A DNA stretch of 32,000 bases from Nostoc sp. PCC 7120 = FACHB-418. Lineage in GTDB: Bacteria > Cyanobacteriota > Cyanobacteriia > Cyanobacteriales > Nostocaceae. The DNA lies in the NCBI RefSeq assembly GCF_000009705.1, contig NC_003272.1, positions 1,230,001 through 1,262,000 of the forward strand, in the 5' to 3' direction. The notes under the pieces were generated by a model that saw nothing but the letters and a program-made list of their open reading frames with translations, was not told where the DNA came from and made no database searches. The translations under genes and the position numbers were made by a program. This document shows positions 17,201-24,611 of the stretch, piece after piece (the first letter of the stretch is position 1; every line of letters starts with the position of its first letter).

Positions 17201-17793
17201 TCTGCCAGTCCGAGAAATACATCTAATTGGGAACTGAAAAAATCTATTAATTCTGTATCATCTTCTATGTTAGTAAGAGCTTCAATAATGCTTCCTAAAC
17301 GTTGCTGTACACCTACTTCAAATATAGATTGAACAATATCAAAGCCTAACTCTTCAGATGTAGGGATATGAGAATCATCACCAAAATTATCGCCTAATTT
17401 TCCTTGGAGTTTAGCAAATATAGTAGTAGCTCTTTGTAAAAGTTCTTCTTCGTTAATAATGCTGCCTGTTAATTCTGATGTTAATGCCAATTGCAAACAT
17501 TCATAAGCCTGAAACAAATAAGTTTGTAACTCAGCATCTATAACTACATTAGGGCTATATAAAGCCTTAAATACATCCTCCAAAGAATGGGCTATCATCT
17601 GAATTGTTTCTAGCCCAACAGTAGCAGCACCACCCTTAATTGTATGAGTAGCCCGCATTAAATTATGCACTCTGGCTATACTATGATTTTCAGACAAACT
17701 GAACAATTCTTGCTCGATAGTTTGAATTAAATCTGGCGCTTCTGCTAAAAAATAAATATAGCCTTGTTCACGAATTTCGGTATCAGTAATCAT
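14251..17793 (-). CDS. pixL: CheA-like hybrid histidine kinase (Hpt - long linker - HATPase - CheW-like - REC), PixL/TaxAY type
   Basis: Hpt motif RATHTIKGGAATVGL. ATP-binding boxes HLVRNAFDHGIE, RDDGQGL and GRGMGLDIV. C-terminal receiver VILVVDDAISLR...SDLEMPRMNGFEF...SKP. Confidence 0.9.
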   Translation of the reverse strand: MITDTEIREQGYIYFLAEAPDLIQTIEQELFSLSENHSIARVHNLMRATHTIKGGAATVGLETIQMIAHSLEDVFKALYSPNVVIDAELQTYLFQAYECLQLALTSELTGSIINEEELLQRATTIFAKLQGKLGDNFGDDSHIPTSEELGFDIVQSIFEVGVQQRLGSIIEALTNIEDDTELIDFFSSQLDVFLGLAESLNLPGFGEIAQTALTALQTNPNQVRQIIEIAHADLEQAQCNILAGDRTHGGTPSAALRELTSVVTNKASETINSEFLINQAEFYEFLTTSSNNKSECLKPTTAQSYLKVVHYIFGWFNHEVEIPPSALHWDLLINNQEFLQPIEYIETWLNKFLEYVRHETDSQSLCLYRQGIVLIILLAVVRFQYSVKKTADNILIIQALQTKIGLVAQEYKQYPPITAQEKNWTDNPQLQKLLVFKDISNSSPNINDGLLEAIWGGEVNEDDAQVEPQIEANDISESTTSLAVAEKLSTEITETALDVVNEQIIDKVKNHQSKKGQKGSSVRVEVEGLERINYLASELLIHQKRRTLNDEQVQEIIEQLLQRLNKHQETLNQLRDLPLQRQSLATQHTQSFASVNFDPLEMDAYTEFHLTLHEAIEETSQLQEATESIDFLFKQATQISHKKQSLAFSLIDNLVEARMLPLENILSRFPHMVKNLSTVYHKRVDLKFTGTDVLVDKAIAEKLYDPLLHLVRNAFDHGIESPEVRRERGKPEQGVIEICAYHQGSQTIIEVRDDGQGLKLDSIRKKAIELNFISKKDESKGYLSQINDSELLEFMFAPGFTTAEKVSELSGRGMGLDIVRSQLQALNGSISVQTLPNQGTKFILKIPFSMTTDQLMLVQAGGVVYALLLDSIEKIIIPSAQQIQEFEGKRVLHWDGGNEDTMLSLHQLSELMYYNGSCFNNLNTSNLLPEHNTEEINHPVLLLRRNQGIFALQVDQIIGEQELVIRPLGNAIAPPKYVYGSSSLANGNLMLVIDGALLLESVEMQATLDTLALPTDEYANKQALSISPSNIPSLPLLSATVETNQKLSKVILVVDDAISLRQTLSLTLQKSGYQVIQAQNGAEALEQLQRHPEIQLVVSDLEMPRMNGFEFLSHIQHNPQYTKIPVIILTSRSAEKHRQLAKELGAKAYLSKPYLEHELINHIESLINSAKDYLNRLLTV

Positions 17794-17798
17794 AATTT

Positions 17799-17848
17799 GG
17801 GTACTGGGGATTGGTTACTGGGAATGGGGTACTGGCGATTGGGTAGGT
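17799..17848. repeat. STRR1-type heptamer array (ACTGGGG/ATTGGGG family)
   Basis: gggtactggggattggttactgggaatggggtactggcgattgggtagg, immediately upstream of the pixL start. Confidence 0.8.
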
Positions 17849-17950
17849 TATTTTTCAAGATAGTTTTGAGGGTTGGCAGATAGGGCTGTAGTACTTCTCA
17901 AGTTAGGATTAAAATCTTTACTACAAAATTGATACGTTACTAGCTAGTTC

Positions 17951-17983
17951 CTAGCCCCCAATCCCCAATCTCCAGTCCCTAAT
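17951..17983. repeat. STRR1-type heptamer array in inverse orientation (CCCCAAT family)
   Basis: ctagcccccaatccccaatctccagtccctaatt abuts the pixJ stop (17986-17988). It is complementary in type to 17799-17848. Confidence 0.8.
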
Positions 17984-17985
17984 TA

Positions 17986-20900
17986 TTAATTCACTTTGAA
18001 CTTACTAGCAGTTGTTAACAAATCTTGTGCCATACCTGATAAGTCTTGGAAGACGGTGGCAATATCTTGAGATTCTGCAAAAGTTTTATTAGCGATCGCT
18101 GCCACATCTTTCATCGAATTTGTGACTAATACAGATTGCCCCATTTGTTTTTGGGTTGCATCAGTAATTTGTTGAATTAATTGACTAATTTCAGCAGTTG
18201 CAAAAACGATCGCATTTAAGTTGTGCCTTGTTTCACTGACAAAGTTTGTTCCTTCCACTACCTGCTGAATCCCGGTTTCCATCGCTACCGCTACTTCTCC
18301 CGTTTCCTCCTGAATCTCTTGGACTAGTTTTTCAATTTCAATTGTGGCGGCAGCTGACTGGCGAGATAATGAACGGACTTCATCGGCTACAACTGCGAAA
18401 CCTTTGCCATATTCCCCTGCACGGGTGGCTTCTATAGCTGCGTTCAAAGCCAGAACGTTTGTCTGGGTGGCAAAACTACTAATCAAGTTCACCACTTTGG
18501 AGATTTTTTGCGAAGATTCACTCAAGCGCTTAATTTTTTTGCTGGTTTGCGCTACAGTTTCTCGAATTGCTTGGATGGCTTGAACTGTGAGGTTCATCGC
18601 CGCGTCACCAGATTCGACAGTTTTGTTTGCTTGTTGTACCGCCACTTGTACCAACTCGGCGCTAGCTACCACAGCTTGGGTAGAGTCTAGCATCCGTTGA
18701 ATTTCACCCAAGGCTGTAGTAATTTCTTGGGATTGTTGTTGAGCTAAGTTATTCAAGCCTGCAAGTGAAGCATTGCTATCGCTGGAGGTTTGGGCGACTT
18801 GTTGAGAAGATGTTTGCACTTGTAAGACAATTTGCCGCAAGGCTTGCAAGGTGTTATTGTAAGCGTCGGCAATGGTACCTAGTTCATCTTCTGTAATGGG
18901 TGCGCGGACTGTCAAATCACCATTTAAAGCTGGTCGCACAGCCATCAGTAGTTGAATAGAACGCTGTTGCAGTAACTCTTTGGCTGCTTTTTCCCTCGTT
19001 GCGGCTTCTGCTAGCTGTGCTGATTGTGCTTGCAGTTGTTGCAGATATTCAGTCTGTTGCAGGGCTAATCCCAACTGATCGCCCACCCGCGCTAGTAAGC
19101 TAACTTGGGATTGTTCCCAATCACGAGGGCCGGAATTTTGATAAGTTGCTAGCAATCCCCATAATTGTTCGTTAATAAACACAGGAACAATCACATAAGC
19201 TCTGACTTCAAATTGTTCTAATATCTCCAAATGACAGGGAGAATGGCCTGCTTCGTACAGATCATTAACAACCAAGGTTTCACCTTTGGCATATCGACCG
19301 CCTTGAGTTTCTTGGATGTAGGTATCTTCCCAAACAGTTTTGATATCAGTCCCTACGAGTTTGACCCAATTATTAGCTACTGATTCTGCCACAAACTCGC
19401 CACCCCAATTAGGATTGAAGCGATAAACAGCGACGCGATCGCTCCTTAATAATTGTCGGACTTCTTGGGTGGTTATTTTGAAAATATCATCGATATCTAC
19501 GGCTTGACGAATGCGGTTAACTATTTTGGTAAAAGCTTTTTCTTGTTCCGCCATCTGAGCTATTTTCTCAGATTTTATTTGTACCTGTTCTAGATAGTCT
19601 AATTGCGATTTAGCAAGGCTAAATTGTAGGGCGATCTGAGTTAAAAAGTTGACTTCCCAAGATTGCCAATCGCGGGGGCTAGAGTTTTGGTATGCTGCAA
19701 GTAAGCCCCATAATTTATCGCCAAAAAAGATAGGCACGATGATATAAGATCTGGCTTCAAACTGCTCTAATGTCTCGACGTGACAGGGTGCAAAACCTAC
19801 TGTATAAATATCATTGACAACATGATTTTCTCCTTTGGCATAGCGTCCACCTTTAGTATCTTGTAGGTAGGTATCATCTATAATAGTTTTGATATTTGGC
19901 CCCACTACTTTTGTCCATCCAGAAGCAACTGACTCAGCGACAAATTCACCACCCCAATCAGGACTAAAGCGATAAACGGCTACGCGATCGCATCGTAATG
20001 ATTGACGTACATCTTGAGTTGTGGTTTTAAAAATAGTTTCTACATCTGAAGCCTGACGAATACGGTTAACTATTCTGGTGAAGATTTTTTCTTGTTCAGC
20101 AATCCGTATCATTTGCTCAGATTGCAATCGCGTTTGTTCTAAATATTCTGCATGAGAAATAGCTATGCCAAATTGCAAACCAACTTGAGTCAAAAAACTA
20201 GATTCCCACTCTACCCACTCACGGGTACCAGAGTTTTGATAAGCTGCCAATAAACCCCATAATTTTTCCGCAGCAAACACAGGAACAATAATGTAAGCTT
20301 TGATTTCAAACTGTTCTAAAATTTCTAGATGGCAAGAAAAATGACCGGCTTCATAAATATCATTAACGACAAAACTTTCTTGATGGCGATAACGTCCACC
20401 TTGGGTTTCTTGTAAGTGGGTATCTTCCCAAACAGTCTTGATATCAGGGCCTACCAGTTTTACCCAACCACTACCTACAGATTCTGCAACAAATTCCCCA
20501 CTCCAATCAGGATTGAAGCGATAAACAGCGACGCGATCGCACTTCAATAATTGACGGATTTCTTGAGTAGTGGTTTGAAAAATCTTATCGATATTTGATA
20601 CTCGTAAGATTTTCTCCATCACTTTAGATACGGCTTGTTTAGCCTGATTTTGCAGTTTTAATTGAGTTTGAAACTCAAAATTCTGCAATCTATAGGTTAA
20701 CTCTGTACTAACTTGAGTTAATAGAGTTATTTCTGTTTCTTTCCAGTTTCTAGCACTAACGCAGCCAGTCACTACCAACAAACCCCAAACTTTACCACCT
20801 GCTACTATTGGTAAACTTAAACTAGCTTTAATTTGGAATTTATCCAGTAACTGTTTTTGATAAGGGGTAAGTTGGATTTGAGCAACATTATTAATAGTTA

Positions 20901-21303
20901 TCGGCTCTATATAGTCTCGATTAGTATCTAAACCAAAGGTAATCCCTGGCAGAATTTCCCCCATTGTTGGTGTCCAACCAAGAGTTCTAGATTCTGCTAA
21001 AACCGTTCCAGACTCAGGTGAAGTAAACTGATAAATTAAAGCGCGATCGCAAGCAATTTTTTCTCTAACTTTCGCCACAGTAATTCTTAACACTGCATCC
21101 CAATCTGATACTTGGCGCATCTGCGTGATGATATCTTGCAACTGCTGTCGCCACATTTTTACTTCTTGGGCGCTCTCGCTGACTCCGATTTCTTCTTTCT
21201 GGACGTTATTGGCTAAGTTGGGATTTTCTAATGGAGAAACAGTAGCAGCCTTCTCATTTTCCTTGCTGTTGTATTTTGCAATTGTCATCTGCATCAACCT
21301 CAA
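17986..21303 (-). CDS. pixJ: Soluble methyl-accepting chemotaxis protein with four GAF domains, three of cyanobacteriochrome type (AnPixJ-like phototaxis photoreceptor)
   Basis: Four GAFs at about aa 58-205, 225-385, 405-565 and 590-750. GAF2-4 keep the chromophore Cys-His (HFSCHLE, FAPCHVE, HSPCHLE), while GAF1 lacks it. HAMP-like segment, then an MCP signalling domain with LALNAAIEATRAGEYGKGFAVVADEVRSL. No TM helix is seen. Confidence 0.93.
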   Translation of the reverse strand: MRLMQMTIAKYNSKENEKAATVSPLENPNLANNVQKEEIGVSESAQEVKMWRQQLQDIITQMRQVSDWDAVLRITVAKVREKIACDRALIYQFTSPESGTVLAESRTLGWTPTMGEILPGITFGLDTNRDYIEPITINNVAQIQLTPYQKQLLDKFQIKASLSLPIVAGGKVWGLLVVTGCVSARNWKETEITLLTQVSTELTYRLQNFEFQTQLKLQNQAKQAVSKVMEKILRVSNIDKIFQTTTQEIRQLLKCDRVAVYRFNPDWSGEFVAESVGSGWVKLVGPDIKTVWEDTHLQETQGGRYRHQESFVVNDIYEAGHFSCHLEILEQFEIKAYIIVPVFAAEKLWGLLAAYQNSGTREWVEWESSFLTQVGLQFGIAISHAEYLEQTRLQSEQMIRIAEQEKIFTRIVNRIRQASDVETIFKTTTQDVRQSLRCDRVAVYRFSPDWGGEFVAESVASGWTKVVGPNIKTIIDDTYLQDTKGGRYAKGENHVVNDIYTVGFAPCHVETLEQFEARSYIIVPIFFGDKLWGLLAAYQNSSPRDWQSWEVNFLTQIALQFSLAKSQLDYLEQVQIKSEKIAQMAEQEKAFTKIVNRIRQAVDIDDIFKITTQEVRQLLRSDRVAVYRFNPNWGGEFVAESVANNWVKLVGTDIKTVWEDTYIQETQGGRYAKGETLVVNDLYEAGHSPCHLEILEQFEVRAYVIVPVFINEQLWGLLATYQNSGPRDWEQSQVSLLARVGDQLGLALQQTEYLQQLQAQSAQLAEAATREKAAKELLQQRSIQLLMAVRPALNGDLTVRAPITEDELGTIADAYNNTLQALRQIVLQVQTSSQQVAQTSSDSNASLAGLNNLAQQQSQEITTALGEIQRMLDSTQAVVASAELVQVAVQQANKTVESGDAAMNLTVQAIQAIRETVAQTSKKIKRLSESSQKISKVVNLISSFATQTNVLALNAAIEATRAGEYGKGFAVVADEVRSLSRQSAAATIEIEKLVQEIQEETGEVAVAMETGIQQVVEGTNFVSETRHNLNAIVFATAEISQLIQQITDATQKQMGQSVLVTNSMKDVAAIANKTFAESQDIATVFQDLSGMAQDLLTTASKFKVN

Positions 21304-21440
21304 TTTTTTTTAGTTTAATCATTTGATATTTGCTAATTAATGTTACACTTGTATTGATTGATATGTAATGGTTAGCAAATCTAAGTTATTGTGGAGATTA
21401 TAGGTTTTGAAATCTATAATCAAGAGTGCTTTATTGATGA

Positions 21441-21941
21441 TTAATTATGAGTAAGCCACATAGGAGAATGAATAATAGCACTAGCATCTAAGTTGAACAT
21501 CATTTTCTCTTCATTATTAATGAAGTATCCTTGCAAAAAATCGGAAATTGATGATGAGAATAACTCAGCCGATGGGGCTTTCATTTGATTCTGATCTAGA
21601 AACTCAATATCCATCATTTGCCGGACTAGAATCCCCAAATATTTACCATCATCTTCCAAGACAATTGCCATCATTTTTGCCAAAAAGTTGCTTGTGTTGG
21701 ACAGTGGTGGGTAACCTAACATTTCTTCTAAATCTACTAACCACAACATTTCACCACGCCAGTTATACACACCTAGAACACAAGCTGGCATTTGGGGTAC
21801 ACCGCATATATCCACCAAAGACACTTGTAAAACTTCGGTAATATGCTGTAAGGAAATCACTGCTGTATCTTTGATTCCCAAATTAAAGCTTAAAAATTTC
21901 TGCTGACTTTCCAAATTTTCACCCTTTAATTGATTAAGCAT
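21441..21941 (-). CDS. pixI: CheW-like coupling protein
   Basis: 166 aa, a single CheW domain (VLGVYNWRGEMLWLVDLEEMLG), positioned between the MCP and CheY genes. Confidence 0.85.
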   Translation of the reverse strand: MLNQLKGENLESQQKFLSFNLGIKDTAVISLQHITEVLQVSLVDICGVPQMPACVLGVYNWRGEMLWLVDLEEMLGYPPLSNTSNFLAKMMAIVLEDDGKYLGILVRQMMDIEFLDQNQMKAPSAELFSSSISDFLQGYFINNEEKMMFNLDASAIIHSPMWLTHN

Positions 21942-21961
21942 TGGTCGATTGTCGGCAAATT

Positions 21962-22324
21962 TTATCTAGATAATTTTTTGAGAGTTAACGTTAACTCTTC
22001 CTGATTTATCGGCTTAGAAAGATAAGCTTCTGCACCTAGCATATTTCCCCAAGTCTTATCTACATCACTGTTTTTGGTAGAACAAAAAACCACAGGGATA
22101 TTGCTAGTCTTTGGGTTATTTTTCAATTCTCGACAAATTTCAAACCCACTTTTACCTGGTAAAATTACATCGAGAAATATTAAATCGGGCTGAGTTGTAT
22201 CTAATTTTTCTTGGGCTTCTTCACTGCTGGTGGCACTAATTACAGAATAGCCAGCTTGTTGTAAGTAACGACTAAGAATTTCGCGGTCGGTGAGACCATC
22301 CTCGATAACTAACACAGTATTCAT
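21962..22324 (-). CDS. pixH: CheY-like single-domain response regulator
   Basis: 120-aa REC domain: VLVIEDG, DLIFLDVILPGKSGFE, CSTKN, LSKP. Confidence 0.9.
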   Translation of the reverse strand: MNTVLVIEDGLTDREILSRYLQQAGYSVISATSSEEAQEKLDTTQPDLIFLDVILPGKSGFEICRELKNNPKTSNIPVVFCSTKNSDVDKTWGNMLGAEAYLSKPINQEELTLTLKKLSR

Positions 22325-22600
22325 GATAATTCCCTGTAAAATTGTTGGTTTTAGCTAATATATCAAAGACAAATTGTGTATTTAATCCTGATAATTACGG
22401 GCTAGAGTTTTGTTATAATTTTGATATCTTACTGTTAAATATGGCTCAGAAAAAATACGTATACTTCAGATTTTGTTGACTGAAATTTACTTATTTCTTA
22501 TAAATAATTATGTACCACGTTTAACAACAATTCATCTTGAAATGTCAATTGCTCTAGACCATTAAAAATCCGACTTATCCATCAATTCGAGACACTTAAC

Positions 22601-23785
22601 TTATTGACAGAATTCTAAACGAGATCCTGTTTTTGCGGTAGATATAGGTTGCATAGGTAAGTATTTACGGACTACACTCATCACCCTATCTGCTGCTACG
22701 GGTTTTGTGATAAAGTCGGTAGAACCGACAACCTTAGCACGTACTCGATCTAAAAGACCATCATTGCCCGTTAAGATAATTACTGGTGTGTTAGCAAAAG
22801 TAGAAATTCGCCGCAATTGTGTACAGATTTCATAACCACTAGCCACTGGCATGATTAAATCTAAAAATATCAAGTCTGGTTTCTCTTGAATCAGAAGTGG
22901 TAACGCCTGTACAGCATCTTGAATCTTGATGAATTTCATCCCATTAGCGGTGATAATATCTTCCAGCAGTTTACAGACCTGTGGACTATCATCTACACAG
23001 GCTATCACCGGAACCTTGGATTTTGTAGGTTGTGCAGAGGTCGACTTATCTAGAGTTTCTACCACAGCTAAAGGTAAATCGGGCAACTCCACCAATTCGA
23101 TGATTCCTTTGAGGACGTAGGGCAGCAAAGAACGGGAGACTGGTAAAACATTCTGCCTCATTTTGGCAGCCAAATCTCGCAATGTGGATTTGCCATTAAT
23201 TAAAGTGACAAAGTTCTTGTAGACAGATGGACTTACCTGTTGCTGGAGTTGTTCTGGTCTGCAAATTATTGGTGCTAAGTCAGGACAAATATTTACCAAG
23301 CCTGCTTCTGACCAATTTTTCCACGATTCTAGCATCTGTTTCATTGACACATCTGCACTCGTGAAACTCATCGGTGTCTCTAAGACAACTTTTTGGTTAC
23401 GTTCACAACTAATAGTGACAAAATTACTTTGTTGGGCTAATTCAAACAAAAGTTCGTTGATGGTATTATCAACAATAATATGAATTTGCTCCCGTTGAAT
23501 CTTCTGCTTTTTATACAAAATTTCCAATAGGCGATAATCCCAGTAACTCATCGATATATCTTGCGAGCGCAGTTGCATTTTATCAACATCAATCTGTGGG
23601 CAATGTTGAGCCATGAGTCTACGCCAGCGACGAAAAGGATGAGTTCCTCCTGTTGCCCAAACTATCCTACCCAAGCGATAATAGAAAGTCCATTGCTGCC
23701 CTTTAGGACTACTAATAATTAACTGTCCATTATATTGGAGTTGGGTACAAGTTTTAAATTCATTAAGTACGTTATTTGATACCAT
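22601..23785 (-). CDS. pixG: PatA-type response regulator (N-terminal PATAN domain, C-terminal REC)
   Basis: 394 aa. C-terminal receiver VIACVDDSPQV...DLIFLDLIMPVASGYE...TKP. The roughly 250-aa N-terminal region and the locus position match PixG/PilG/PatA-type proteins. Confidence 0.85.
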   Translation of the reverse strand: MVSNNVLNEFKTCTQLQYNGQLIISSPKGQQWTFYYRLGRIVWATGGTHPFRRWRRLMAQHCPQIDVDKMQLRSQDISMSYWDYRLLEILYKKQKIQREQIHIIVDNTINELLFELAQQSNFVTISCERNQKVVLETPMSFTSADVSMKQMLESWKNWSEAGLVNICPDLAPIICRPEQLQQQVSPSVYKNFVTLINGKSTLRDLAAKMRQNVLPVSRSLLPYVLKGIIELVELPDLPLAVVETLDKSTSAQPTKSKVPVIACVDDSPQVCKLLEDIITANGMKFIKIQDAVQALPLLIQEKPDLIFLDLIMPVASGYEICTQLRRISTFANTPVIILTGNDGLLDRVRAKVVGSTDFITKPVAADRVMSVVRKYLPMQPISTAKTGSRLEFCQ

Positions 23786-24275
23786 CAGACCGGGGGAAAT
23801 TGTACTTGATACCTATGATTTAAAAATCAGCCTTCTCAAAACCCCAACTAGTAAGCTGCTTATTTTCGATGAAATTTATTTGTCAAATAATAGTTTATTG
23901 ACTTATAGCTTAATTAACTGAATATGATAAAATTATCATACATAGAAATAACAGTAGATGTTATCTATTGGCAACATAATTACATATAATTTTCTTCTGC
24001 CTTCAATCTACTGCTTCAATCTTTTTTTCATTCTAGATAATATTGCTATATTTCAATACTCCAGTATTTAAATCCATCTTTATTAACTTATCATTTTAAA
24101 TACTTTCAATTTAATTTATATCCGTATAATTCCTGATTTTCTCCTTGGTAGAAAATGTTATGTTCCGCAATTGTGATGATGAAGAGGTAATTGTTTCAGA
24201 AAATGACAATTTAAGCCTTTTATTACAAATATAGATATTAGATAAATACTCTGTTTGCGTTCAATTATAAGTTTA

Positions 24276-24392
24276 AGTAAGTCGGTGCAATAAAACCAAA
24301 GTATGTGAAGAAAAGTAAATAAGACTCGAACTCTTTCTCTCCCTGCTCCCTGCCTTCTTCCAACAATAATTATTTACGCCGACCTACTTACT
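24276..24392. mobile_element. 117-bp MITE derived from the IS630-family element, flanked by TA
   Basis: Ends agtaagtcggtgc (24276-24288) and gccgacctacttact (24378-24392) are inverted. TA lies on both sides (24274-24275 and 24393-24394). The first ~50 nt align at about 42/53 with the IS630 stump at 12021. Confidence 0.7.
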
Positions 24393-24611
24393 TATGAGTT
24401 CAGCAAGCTTTGTAAATTTTGACTGCATTCAAAATACAAATTGGTTCTGGTGTTTTGTCGGTAAAATAAAAAAACAAAGTATTTATGATATCCAAACAAC
24501 AGTGATATTACTTAAGTAGCCAGGATGGGATGAGCAAAAGAGGTAATTTTGGGATTCATGCCATCTTCTATAATTGATAGAACCTGCATATATAATCTTA
24601 GGCATGAAGCT

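Noticed and set aside
24549-24611. N-terminal 21-codon extension of ileS (MGFMPSSIIDRTCIYNLRHEA)
   Set aside because: It is not part of the conserved IleS N-terminus. In-frame GTG 24612 gives the canonical TETGSYKDT start. It is retained only as an alternative.
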